A DNA stretch of 41,199 nucleotides from an uncultured Candidatus Saccharibacteria bacterium (lineage in GTDB: Bacteria; Patescibacteriota; Minisyncoccia; Phycocordibacterales; EsbW-18). The stretch spans positions 1-41,199 of the forward strand of contig CAYUSN010000004.1 in assembly GCA_964447415.1 (NCBI GenBank), in the 5' to 3' direction. The notes under the pieces were generated by a model. The model made no database searches, had not been told where the DNA came from, and saw only the letters and a list, made by a program, of their open reading frames with translations. Below, in pieces: positions 28,208 through 37,088 of this stretch. The translations under genes were made by a program, and so were the position numbers. Positions within the stretch are counted from its first letter, which is position 1. The number at the start of each line of letters is the position of its first letter.

Positions 28208-28336
28208 CTCGAAATCCGAAATCCGAAGCACGAGACAAGCTCGAAATTCGAATATTAGAAACGACTATGTTTTGTTTTGTGTTTGTGATTTTGAACATTC
28301 TGATTTGTTTCGGATTTCGATATTCGGGTTTCGTGC
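28208..28336. repeat. Cluster of short CGAAAT(C/T)CGAA-type repeats in both orientations
   Basis: Copies are CTCGAAATCCGAAATCCGAAGCACGAG (28208-28234) and CTCGAAATTCGAATATT (28240-28256). The inverted TTTCGGATTTCGATATTCGGGTTTCGTGC (28308-28336) follows. They flank a T/G-rich spacer. Confidence 0.75.
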
Positions 28337-28341
28337 TTTCT

Positions 28342-29421
28342 CTAAATAAGTCTCTCCAGCACCGCGGGATTCAGAGAGTGCAGACGCGCCATATCAACGG
28401 TAATTTCTCCGCGACGGACTAAATCAGCCAAACTGCGGTTCATGTCAATCATGCCGTACTCCGACCCTGTTTCAATGACCGTGTCGATTTCGTGTGTGCG
28501 TCCTTCGCGGATAAGGTTTGCAACTGCTTTGTTGTTGATGAGCAGTTCGTATGAAGGAATGAGGCCGCCGGAGACGCGCTGGACCAGACGCTGTGAGAAC
28601 ACGCCGATGAGCGATGATGCAAGCTGGAGACGCACCTGATCCTGCTGTTCGGACGGGAACGAATCGATGATACGATCCACGGTCTGCGATGCGTTGTTGG
28701 TGTGGAGTGTGGAGAGCACAAGGTGACCGGTCTCGGCGGCGGTAACCGCGGTGGCGATGGTTTCCTGTCCGCGCATCTCACCGATCATGGCGACGTCCAC
28801 GTCCTGACGGAACATTTGCCGCAGTGCGATATGAAAATCATTCGTGTCGATGCGAACTTCCCGCTGGTTAATCATGGACTTCTTCGGGTCAAAAATATAT
28901 TCAATCGGGTCTTCAACCGTCACGATGTGGTCCGCACGTTCCGAGTTGATAACGTCAATCATTGCCGCCAAGGTTGTTGATTTTCCGTGACCGACCGGAC
29001 CGACAACAAGGAAGAATCCCTGTTCACGGCGGGCAAAGTCGGCGAGAATCGGCGGAAGTTGGAGCTCTTCAATCGTGCGGATTTGTCGCGGAATAAAGCG
29101 GAGCACGATGTCGATGTTGCCCCGCGAATATGAACAGTTTCCTCGAAATCGTGCCGCGTCGTTATTGAAGCTGTATGAAAAATCTATCTCTTTTTCCTTC
29201 AAAAAAATTTCGCGTGCGTCGGGACGTACGAGCAATTTTACAAATGATTCGGTATCGCCCTGTGTCAGCGGCTCCTTTTTCACCAGCGGAATAAGATTGC
29301 CCGATACACGGATTGTCGGGTGGTAGCCGACGGAAAGGTGCAAGTCGGACGCACCTTCTTTCACTGTTATATCAAGCAGCTCGTTGAGCTCAGCTTCATA
29401 ATTTTGCGTGCTTAAACTCAT
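28342..29421 (-). CDS. pilT: Type IV pilus retraction ATPase PilT
   Basis: Motifs GASDLHL, Walker A GPVGHGKSTT, GEMRG, and the TGHLVLSTLHTN His box. At 359 aa it lacks the long PilB N-domain. Confidence 0.9.
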   Translation of the reverse strand: MSLSTQNYEAELNELLDITVKEGASDLHLSVGYHPTIRVSGNLIPLVKKEPLTQGDTESFVKLLVRPDAREIFLKEKEIDFSYSFNNDAARFRGNCSYSRGNIDIVLRFIPRQIRTIEELQLPPILADFARREQGFFLVVGPVGHGKSTTLAAMIDVINSERADHIVTVEDPIEYIFDPKKSMINQREVRIDTNDFHIALRQMFRQDVDVAMIGEMRGQETIATAVTAAETGHLVLSTLHTNNASQTVDRIIDSFPSEQQDQVRLQLASSLIGVFSQRLVQRVSGGLIPSYELLINNKAVANLIREGRTHEIDTVIETGSEYGMIDMNRSLADLVRRGEITVDMARLHSLNPAVLERLI

Positions 29422-29434
29422 AGATATGTTTTCA

Positions 29435-31243
29435 TTATTCTAACACAGTCTCCTCCTGTTTCTTGGGGTTGTCCCCCGCCTCCTCAGTTGTGTCCCTGCT
29501 CTCCTCGGACGTATCGTACAAACCACCGAGTGTGTTTACCTCCTCAAACGGCACGATACCGTTCATGCTCTTTATGAGCGCATCTTCGCGCATCGTAATC
29601 ATGCCTTGTTTGCGCGCAACCGCGGCGAGACTGGGTTCAACCGGATTGGTAAGCACCACCTGTTCGAGCTCTTTCGTCATCTCAACAACCTCAAACACCG
29701 CCATACGACCGCGCGTACCGTTGGGACAGTCCGCGGTCGGCTGTGCGCCGAAAAATGCTTTTGTAGAAGGAATTTCTTTCTTAAATTCTTTCGGCAAATC
29801 GGTGAACTGCGCCTCAAACATCTCCTTGTAACTTCCTTCAATCGGAATTTCTTTTCCTGCACCGTCACACAGACGCCGCACGAGACGCTGTGCCATGGTA
29901 AGAATCAACGTCGGACCAATGAGAAACGGGTCAACGCCCATGTCGATGAGTCGCGGAATCACGCCGATGGCATTGTTGGTGTGAATAGTGGAAAGCACCA
30001 AGTGACCGGTGAGCGCCGCTTGAATGGCGAGCTGTGCGGTTTCTTTATCGCGGATTTCTCCCACCATGATAATGTCCGGATCCTGGCGCAGTGTGGTGCG
30101 CAATCCCGAGGCAAACGTAAATCCGATTTCAGGACGCACCTGTGCCTGATTCATGCCGGGAATGCTGTACTCAACCGGGTCCTCAAGCGACAGCACGTTT
30201 TGCGTTTCGCGGTCGATTTCCTGAAGCATGGAGTACAGTGTCGTCGTTTTTCCTGAACCCGTCGGACCGGAAATCAAAATCATGCCGTACGGCCGTTTGA
30301 TTGCGGATCGGATAATTTTGAGATGACGTTCGGAAAATCCGATTTTATCCAGGGGCAAAACACCCTTCTCCGCATCAAGAATACGGAGTACCACTTTCTC
30401 GCCGTAGTATGCGGGAAAGGTGGAGACACGGAAATCGATTTTGTGCCCGCCGATACGCGCCGAGAAGCGGTTGTCTTGTGGTTTGCGTTTCTCATCAAGT
30501 TTCATGTTCGAAAGAATCTTCACGCGTGCAACGACAGCCGCATGGACATTCATCGGCAGCGTCAGGTTTGTTGAAAGTTCTCCGTCGACGCGAAACCGTA
30601 CACGCACATCGCTTGATGTCGGTTCAATATGAATGTCGGATGCGCCGGCCTCAATGGCATGTTTGAGAATCGTTGCGACAATTTTTGTCACCGGCGCATC
30701 CTCCATCAGCTGTTCACCTTCCCCCTCGCCGCTCCGCGCCGCTTTCAGTTTTTTTGACAACTCTTCTTCTTCCTCCGAAATTTCCGTTTCAAGTTCGGTG
30801 AGTGCTTTCGTCACTTCCCCCGTAAGTCCCTGATACTGCTTCAGTACTTCGTCGAAATCGGTTTTTGAAACAAGAAAAAGCTTAAACGGCATATCCGTTT
30901 TTGTCGCAATAAACTGGAGCGCATCACGCGCCTCAACATTGTCCGGATTAACGACACCGACTTCAAGCGCGCCGTCGGTGACGGAGAGCGGCACAAATTG
31001 GTAGTGGCGGGCGGAATCTTCAGGAATATACCGCAGCACATCAAACGGAATCGGTCCGTTCACCGAGCGGGTCGGTAGTCCGTAGTGCACACCTTTCGCC
31101 TGCAGAATATCCGCCGGCGTAACACCGCGCATACGGAGAATTTCCTCGACACTTCTTCCGGTGGTCGCCGACTCGCCCTCAAGCGCCGAGATTTCCTCGT
31201 TCGTAATTACACCCTTTTGCGCGAGTTCTTGTAAAAAAGACAT
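29435..31243 (-). CDS. pilB: Type IV pilus assembly ATPase PilB (GspE family)
   Basis: N-terminal GSPII_E_N-like domain, Walker A SGPTGSGKTTTLYS, VGEIRD, TGHLVLSTIHTN. Confidence 0.93.
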   Translation of the reverse strand: MSFLQELAQKGVITNEEISALEGESATTGRSVEEILRMRGVTPADILQAKGVHYGLPTRSVNGPIPFDVLRYIPEDSARHYQFVPLSVTDGALEVGVVNPDNVEARDALQFIATKTDMPFKLFLVSKTDFDEVLKQYQGLTGEVTKALTELETEISEEEEELSKKLKAARSGEGEGEQLMEDAPVTKIVATILKHAIEAGASDIHIEPTSSDVRVRFRVDGELSTNLTLPMNVHAAVVARVKILSNMKLDEKRKPQDNRFSARIGGHKIDFRVSTFPAYYGEKVVLRILDAEKGVLPLDKIGFSERHLKIIRSAIKRPYGMILISGPTGSGKTTTLYSMLQEIDRETQNVLSLEDPVEYSIPGMNQAQVRPEIGFTFASGLRTTLRQDPDIIMVGEIRDKETAQLAIQAALTGHLVLSTIHTNNAIGVIPRLIDMGVDPFLIGPTLILTMAQRLVRRLCDGAGKEIPIEGSYKEMFEAQFTDLPKEFKKEIPSTKAFFGAQPTADCPNGTRGRMAVFEVVEMTKELEQVVLTNPVEPSLAAVARKQGMITMREDALIKSMNGIVPFEEVNTLGGLYDTSEESRDTTEEAGDNPKKQEETVLE

Positions 31244-31258
31244 ATGGGAGAAGCGAGA

Positions 31259-31612
31259 TTAAATACCCGCTCCGATATCTATCTGTGTCTGATTTTGTAC
31301 TTCGGGAACGGAGCCTTCGCTTCCGATAGGTGCAAACGGATTCGGACGTGACACGGGTTCAGGGATGAGAATAACTGAAAAATCAAAAAGGGAGAGGAGT
31401 ACGTTGTTATTGAAGATGTCTTTCTCCAGTTTAATCGAACGAAGTTCCGAGAGAAGCGCAATAAGCTCGTTGTTTTCTGCGGACAATCCCTGTACACCCG
31501 CCGCTGTTGAAAGAACCGGCTCCTCCTCTTTTTTGAAAAAGACCGTATAGAGAACAAACAAAAACACAATGGCCACTGCAATCAGTATTACTTTTTTATA
31601 TTTCTGAAACAT
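31259..31612 (-). CDS. Hypothetical single-TM protein of the pilus operon (PilP-position)
   Basis: 117 aa with an N-terminal TM (VILIAVAIVFLFVLYTVFF). It is tightly packed between pilO-like and pilB. Confidence 0.6.
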   Translation of the reverse strand: MFQKYKKVILIAVAIVFLFVLYTVFFKKEEEPVLSTAAGVQGLSAENNELIALLSELRSIKLEKDIFNNNVLLSLFDFSVILIPEPVSRPNPFAPIGSEGSVPEVQNQTQIDIGAGI

Positions 31613-31617
31613 ATCAA

Positions 31618-32178
31618 TTATCGGAGCCAGTAGGTACGCGCACGGATAGTGTATGTGGTTCGTCCCGTAACCGGATCTTCCTGCCCGAATGAGATACTGT
31701 CCACATCAAGAATACGCAGACTGCGCTCCAGGTCGCTCAAAAACGTCTTAAAACGGTCGTACGTCGTCAATACGTTAAATGAAATAATCATCGTTCCGTA
31801 CGGACGACTGTCCGGACCGACAACTTGCGCCGCTGTCCCGTCTTCTGAAATTGCGATGTTGAGCAATGTCAGGTCGTGCGCATCCGCCACGTTATCAATG
31901 TCAATAATAAGCCGTACTGTGTCAATTGAATCCGGCAGCAATGTATTGAGTCGTTTGATTTCAGCATCAGAGAATGAGTTGTATCGTGTTGAAAGTTCGT
32001 CACGCAACGCGGTCAATTCTTTTGCCCGATCAAGCGCTTCATCTAGTTGCGCCACTTTATCACGAACAGCTTTTGTCGTCTGATATTTCGGATTCGTCAC
32101 GCCGAAAAACAGCGCAATCGCGATGACTATAAAAATGATTCCTGAGATAAAACGCATGATATTAGAAAAGTTCTTCAA
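31618..32178 (-). CDS. pilO: PilO-like pilus assembly protein
   Basis: 186 aa with an N-terminal TM and a coiled coil (VRDKVAQLDEALDRAKELTALRDEL) followed by an alpha/beta domain. It sits after pilM-pilN and overlaps pilN by 17 nt. Confidence 0.65.
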   Translation of the reverse strand: MKNFSNIMRFISGIIFIVIAIALFFGVTNPKYQTTKAVRDKVAQLDEALDRAKELTALRDELSTRYNSFSDAEIKRLNTLLPDSIDTVRLIIDIDNVADAHDLTLLNIAISEDGTAAQVVGPDSRPYGTMIISFNVLTTYDRFKTFLSDLERSLRILDVDSISFGQEDPVTGRTTYTIRARTYWLR

Positions 32179-32896
32179 CCGGCGGCACCGTACCTAGGTC
32201 TTCGAGGTTCTCGATGGTTCCGTCGGAATTACCCGCAGTGTCATCAACCACATCTGTACTTTGCGCTTCCCCGGGCATAACAGGGTTATAAATTTCCTGT
32301 ACTGACGCCGACCCACGGCGTTCCATACCCTTCGAATACGAAATCAAATTCGGATTGACGACTGTTGATGCTGAGAATGTCACGTTTCCGAAATTGTTGA
32401 GTGCAAACCCCGAAAAGATAGTGCCGGACAAGTTTGGGTTTCTTGAAAATTCGTCCGCCTGGAGCGCAACTGATGTAAACGACAAACCTTCACCTTGCAG
32501 CGCCACTTGTATACCACGGTCAGTATTGTTAAATGTAAACGATGTAAAACGAACTGTTTTAAGTGTTGTTTGCTGAAGCAGTTCAAAAATTTCGGAAACC
32601 GCAACGTGTTTATTCAAAAGACCTTCTGCCGCAGCAATCTTATCGCTGAGGCGGGCCATTTCCCGGATAAGTTCCGGGGCAAAGGCCTCGCGCTGTTGTT
32701 GTAGTTGTTCCTCTTTTCGTTGTACGGCACCTTTCAGATACGCGTCATACCCGTACACTCCGCCGGTCAAAACAACCGAAATAACCAGCGTCAGTATGCC
32801 GATAAACAAAGAAAGACCGGCACCCGAAAAGCTCTCCCGCGGTTCTGTCTCTGCGGTTTTTTTAGGAATAAACGATGTCTGAAACTGGTCAGCCAT
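32162..32896 (-). CDS. pilN: PilN-like pilus assembly protein
   Basis: 244 aa with a short cytoplasmic N-terminus, a TM (LSLFIGILTLVISVVLTGGVYGY) and a coiled coil. It lies directly after pilM. Confidence 0.65.
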   Translation of the reverse strand: MADQFQTSFIPKKTAETEPRESFSGAGLSLFIGILTLVISVVLTGGVYGYDAYLKGAVQRKEEQLQQQREAFAPELIREMARLSDKIAAAEGLLNKHVAVSEIFELLQQTTLKTVRFTSFTFNNTDRGIQVALQGEGLSFTSVALQADEFSRNPNLSGTIFSGFALNNFGNVTFSASTVVNPNLISYSKGMERRGSASVQEIYNPVMPGEAQSTDVVDDTAGNSDGTIENLEDLGTVPPVEELF

Positions 32897-32993
32897 TGGC
32901 TTTTTTTATTGTTGTTAAGTATAAACCACTCACACAATCTTAACGAGGTTTTATGTGTATAAGAACGGCCTCTTTGCGCCCATCCTTCGGAGC

Positions 32994-34124
32994 TTACCCC
33001 AACTCTTCAAGTTTTCGCAGTGCAACCCCGATTGCAACGTCAAATTCGGGACCCACCTGCTTTAACACATCTCCGAGAAATGCGGGCGTCTCAACTTTTC
33101 TAAACGGATTTGCAACGGAAACATCTGTCTGTAAAATGTCGTGCACTCGCTCGACAAGCCCCGGGATAATGATGCCGCCGCCGGTCAAGACTACTTTGCT
33201 GATGTTTCGTGAATATTTCCGCTGGTACGCGAACATAACACGCTGTGCTTCCGCAAAAATCGCATCGATAACGAGTGATGTAATTTGACCGACATCGCTG
33301 CCGACACCTTGTTGTACGACACCGTATGTTTTTTTCATCTCCTCCGCCTGTTGCTGCGTAACACCCAAACCTTTAGTGAGCGCAATGGTAATTTCCTGCG
33401 ACCCGCGGTTAATGATGTGTGATTCACGCAGAATTTTTCGGTCAACAATATACAATTTCGTCGTCCCCGCACCCAGTCCGACCACCATCGTCGGCGCAAG
33501 CTCTTCTTCGAGCGCAACACGAATGGTCGAGAACACCTCAATTTCAAGAAACGATACGTTGAGCTTCGCCTTCTGCATCACCTGCATGTACCGATCAATG
33601 GTTTCCTTATGGATGGCGACCGTAAGTACTTCAACTTTTTTTATTTTTTCCTCCTCTTTTTGTTTTTCAACGTCTTCACGCGTCTGCATCTCAACACGCG
33701 GTACGATACGCCAATCAACCGTCACTTCGTTAATGGACACCGGTACGTACTTGCGTAATTCAATCGGCACCATCTCCTTCAGTTTCGCCTCGCCGACATC
33801 CGGCATTTCAATCACATTAATGAGCGACGACGACAACGGTATCGCCACTCCGCACTCCGCCGTAGAAACTTTCGCCTCCCGCATCAAATCCGCGAGCGCC
33901 TCGCCGAGTTTGTCGGCGGACAAATTCGTCGCCCGCCCGCCCTCAACACCTGCATACGGACCAAGTGCAAGTTCACCGTATGTTTCAAGTACCGCGCGGC
34001 CCTTTGAACGGCCGAGTTGTACGACTTTAATAGTTGAAGAAGAAACGTCTATACCTAAAACGCTTTTTGCTTTCGGTTTCACCAAGTCTTGGGTGAGTTT
34101 TTTAAGCGTATCAAGTAACTCCAT
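32994..34124 (-). CDS. pilM: Type IV pilus assembly protein PilM (actin-like ATPase fold)
   Basis: Motifs VLGIDVSSSTIKVVQL, VVGLGAGTTKLYIV, VVLTGGGIIIPGL. AAGGAG RBS, with TGCTATACT at 34153-34161. Confidence 0.9.
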   Translation of the reverse strand: MELLDTLKKLTQDLVKPKAKSVLGIDVSSSTIKVVQLGRSKGRAVLETYGELALGPYAGVEGGRATNLSADKLGEALADLMREAKVSTAECGVAIPLSSSLINVIEMPDVGEAKLKEMVPIELRKYVPVSINEVTVDWRIVPRVEMQTREDVEKQKEEEKIKKVEVLTVAIHKETIDRYMQVMQKAKLNVSFLEIEVFSTIRVALEEELAPTMVVGLGAGTTKLYIVDRKILRESHIINRGSQEITIALTKGLGVTQQQAEEMKKTYGVVQQGVGSDVGQITSLVIDAIFAEAQRVMFAYQRKYSRNISKVVLTGGGIIIPGLVERVHDILQTDVSVANPFRKVETPAFLGDVLKQVGPEFDVAIGVALRKLEELG

Positions 34125-34187
34125 ACTCCTTGAACAGGATTTTATTGCCCACAGTATAGCATTTTCGCATCAGCGACGCAGATAGTT

Positions 34188-34847
34188 ATGCTTAGTTTTC
34201 TCATTCAGTCGGCTATCCAACTCCTCTTCCCCTCCGGCGGCAACGAGGTTGCGGTTGCGTCGATGTCCTCGGCGGATTTTCTTGCGCGTGCGGCACGGCG
34301 CCACCAAGACACTGTACTTACAAAACCGAAAACGATCTCCCCGTTTATCTACCGCGACCCGCTGGTGCGCACCGCCATACATCTTGCAAAATACCGCGGA
34401 AAAAAATCGGTGTGCTGCGTGCTCGGTGAGGCTCTCTGGAGCGTATACGGTGAAGATATAACCTCACACGCACTGCTTTCAAGCACCCGTTGGAGTGTCG
34501 TGCCGATACCCATAGCGCCGCACAAAAAACGCGCACGCGGATACAATCAATCAGAAGAAATTATGCGGGGATTTTTGCTGCGTGCGCCGTCCGTTCTCTT
34601 TTTTGCCGAAACGGAGGTACTCCGGAGTGTGTTGAAAAAAGAAAGTCAGACAAAAACACTCTCGCGACGCGAAAGGAAACAAAACGTTGCGGGTTCTTTT
34701 TTTGTCCCCGACCCAAAAACGATATCCGGAAAACACATACTTCTCATTGATGATGTTATGACCACCGGCGCCACACTGCGCGAAGCGGCGCGCGCCCTTG
34801 TGTCTGCGGGCGCGCGCCGTATCCTCTGTATTACCGTTGCACACTAG
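34188..34847 (+). CDS. comF: ComF-family phosphoribosyltransferase-domain protein
   Basis: Motifs RARGYNQSE, the PRPP loop ILLIDDVMTTGATLREAARAL, and an end of ITVAH. The usual N-terminal CxxC zinc-finger cysteines are not present. Confidence 0.85.
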   Translation: MLSFLIQSAIQLLFPSGGNEVAVASMSSADFLARAARRHQDTVLTKPKTISPFIYRDPLVRTAIHLAKYRGKKSVCCVLGEALWSVYGEDITSHALLSSTRWSVVPIPIAPHKKRARGYNQSEEIMRGFLLRAPSVLFFAETEVLRSVLKKESQTKTLSRRERKQNVAGSFFVPDPKTISGKHILLIDDVMTTGATLREAARALVSAGARRILCITVAH

Positions 34848-35215
34848 TCCTTCTTTTCTAAATCAAGACACACCGAATTAATACAGTACCGTTTCCCTGT
34901 AGTAGCATCCGGTCCGTCGTCAAACACGTGACCGAGATGTCCTCCGCACTTCGCACACCGAACTTCAGTTCGGTGCATACCGTGCGCATCGTCCTCATGA
35001 TACGTCACCGCACCTTGGAGTGCCTGATCAAACGACGGCCATCCGGTGCCCGAATCAAATTTTGCATCAGAGGAAAAGAGTTCGGCCCCGCACGCCACAC
35101 AGCGGTACATCCCCTTTCCTTTTTCGTGTACATACGCGCCTGAAAACGGCGCCTCCGTGCCGCCCTCTTTCAGCACACGTTGTTGCTCGGGTGTCAGTTG
35201 TTTTTCTTCACGCAT
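34844..35215 (-). CDS. msrB: Peptide-methionine (R)-S-oxide reductase MsrB
   Basis: Motifs GTEAPFSG, YRCVACGAELFSSDAKFDSGTGWPSF, CAKCGGHLGHVFDDGP, RYCINS. ATG 35215 chosen; the upstream extension would overlap the preceding gene. Confidence 0.92.
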   Translation of the reverse strand: MREEKQLTPEQQRVLKEGGTEAPFSGAYVHEKGKGMYRCVACGAELFSSDAKFDSGTGWPSFDQALQGAVTYHEDDAHGMHRTEVRCAKCGGHLGHVFDDGPDATTGKRYCINSVCLDLEKKD

Positions 35216-35220
35216 CCCAA

Positions 35221-35799
35221 TTAGTTCTGCGGCGGCATATCCGGAAACTCCGGAATTTGCGGCAACTCTTGCATCATCGCCGAGAAATCGGTAAAGGTAA
35301 TATTTGCCGGCGGTGTAAACACTGCCGCATCCGCTGACCACGGGTCACAATCGTATGCATACTGTCCCGCCAATTGTTCCACACCGGACACGTCTCCCGT
35401 TGATGACACATCAGGCACATCCGTGCCGTCGAGTTTTATTTTCACGCCAGTCGGCATAGCGTCACCCCACGTGTACATAAATGCGCCGTCGCTGATGGCC
35501 TGCGCCGTCATGCTCCCCGCATCCGTTGCTGTGGTGATTGTGCTTGCAAATTTATTTCCCGAAACGTACACCGTGCCGTTGCTCGCACCCTCCTCGGCAT
35601 CAACACTCCATGTACATTTCCAGTCACCGCCGCGCGCCATGATGTCCGCGAGTGTGCCCGGCTGCTCACTGTCCCCACCTTTGCCGCGAAGCAGGAAAAA
35701 ACCGCCGATAAGCAGCACTAGCACGACAATAATAATCCCCCATTTTCCTCCCCCTGAGGATGACGCCGGGGTCTGCGTGTTCATTGGTTCTCCGTCCAT
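35221..35799 (-). CDS. Hypothetical membrane-anchored secreted protein
   Basis: 192 aa with a TM (WGIIIVVLVLLIGGFFLL). TGCTATACT lies at 35829-35837 upstream. No motif recognised. Confidence 0.6.
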   Translation of the reverse strand: MDGEPMNTQTPASSSGGGKWGIIIVVLVLLIGGFFLLRGKGGDSEQPGTLADIMARGGDWKCTWSVDAEEGASNGTVYVSGNKFASTITTATDAGSMTAQAISDGAFMYTWGDAMPTGVKIKLDGTDVPDVSSTGDVSGVEQLAGQYAYDCDPWSADAAVFTPPANITFTDFSAMMQELPQIPEFPDMPPQN

Positions 35800-35890
35800 T
35801 TACTTAAAAGTTATCCGTTAATACTTCCAGTATAGCACCGTACCTTGAACGTAGAAAAAGCCGTAAAAGCGTGCTACATTGTGGCGCATT

Positions 35891-35982
<92 letters not shown>

Positions 35983-35983
35983 A

Positions 35984-36787
35984 ATGCCCACTTCTCGTTT
36001 CCAAAAAATCATCTGGAAACACTACAAGGCTCACGGACGGCACACGCTTCCGTGGAGAACAACGCGTAACCCGTATCGCACACTTGTCTCCGAAATCATG
36101 CTTCAGCAGACACAGGTGGATCGCGTCATACCAAAATACAAAGATTTTTTGAAACAGTTTCCTTCGTTCGGTAAACTCGCAAATGCAAAAACAGCAAATG
36201 TCATCCGTGCATGGCAAGGACTCGGCTACAACCGTCGCGCACTGAATCTCAAACGCGCGGCCGAAATCATCACACTCAAACATGCCGGAAAGCTTCCGCG
36301 GGGCTTTAACGCTCTCATCTCACTTCCCGGTATCGGTCCGTACACCGCCGGAGCACTTCTTGCTTTCATTTGGAACGAACCTGTGGTCTTCATCGAAACA
36401 AACATTCGTACGGTTTTTTTGCATCATTTTTTTCCGAACAAAAAGAAGGTGCCAGATGCGGCACTTGAGAAAAAAATTATTGAAACACTAGACATGCAAC
36501 ATCCGCGGGAGTGGTATTGGGCACTCATGGATTACGGCACGTATCTAAAAAAAACACACGGTAATCAAAACGCACGGAGCAAACACTACACAAAACAACC
36601 GATGTTCAAAGGTTCCAACCGCGAACTGCGCGGGACAATTCTCAAACTACTCGCCGGAAAAAACATTTCAGAAAAAGAAATCGCCATGCAGACAAAAAGA
36701 AGAATGCCCGAAGTGCGACGTACACTCGCCACGCTTTCACAGGAAGGCTTCCTCACAAAGCGCGGTACACGATTTTCTCTTGCATAA
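35984..36787 (+). CDS. MutY-like HhH-GPD DNA glycosylase lacking Fe-S cluster cysteines, with C-terminal winged-helix domain
   Basis: Motifs LPWRTTRNPYRTLVSEIMLQQTQVDRV, AWQGLGYNRRALNLKRAA, and the HhH LPGIGPYTAGALL. The whole 267-aa protein contains no Cys. The C-terminus ELRGTILKLLAGKNISEKEIA...LATLSQEGFLTKRG is wHTH-like. Confidence 0.8.
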   Translation: MPTSRFQKIIWKHYKAHGRHTLPWRTTRNPYRTLVSEIMLQQTQVDRVIPKYKDFLKQFPSFGKLANAKTANVIRAWQGLGYNRRALNLKRAAEIITLKHAGKLPRGFNALISLPGIGPYTAGALLAFIWNEPVVFIETNIRTVFLHHFFPNKKKVPDAALEKKIIETLDMQHPREWYWALMDYGTYLKKTHGNQNARSKHYTKQPMFKGSNRELRGTILKLLAGKNISEKEIAMQTKRRMPEVRRTLATLSQEGFLTKRGTRFSLA

Positions 36788-36820
36788 GAAAAGCCGCGCT
36801 GGTGTTAGAACCCGCGCGGC
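36786..36820 (-). terminator. Rho-independent terminator of the 37958-36835 operon
   Basis: GCCGCGCTGG / CCCGCGCGGC stem (10 bp, one mismatch) followed on the minus strand by TTTTCTT. Confidence 0.6.
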
Positions 36821-36834
36821 CCAAGAGAACTCCC

Positions 36835-37077
36835 TCATGTTCCCAGAAAGCGTTGTACCCCGGCCAGGACCGTGAAGATGAAGAAGTACAACTGCACGAC
36901 AAGCGTGCCCCATGACTTCTTCTGGAAGGTCTCGGCGGCGGCTCCCGCTTGGCCAAGGAGCATCCCGATCGTGAAGACCGTAAACTCCCCGTTGCCGAGA
37001 TTGCCCGCGCGCATGGAAAACCAACCCCACGCCACCAGCTGGCAAGCAATCATCATGTAAATGACCAACCGCTTCAT
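36835..37077 (-). CDS. Small hypothetical membrane protein (80 aa, about 3 TM)
   Basis: Starts MKRLVIYMMIACQLVAWGWF... An AAGGAG RBS lies 6 nt upstream, immediately after the stop of the preceding gene. Confidence 0.55.
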   Translation of the reverse strand: MKRLVIYMMIACQLVAWGWFSMRAGNLGNGEFTVFTIGMLLGQAGAAAETFQKKSWGTLVVQLYFFIFTVLAGVQRFLGT

Positions 37078-37088
37078 GGTGGCTCCTT

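Noticed and set aside
28208-28336. CGAAAT-type repeats as a CRISPR array
   Set aside because: The repeats are about 11-27 nt, irregular, in both orientations and without regular unique spacers. No cas genes are present. No other CRISPR-like periodic repeat was seen in the window.
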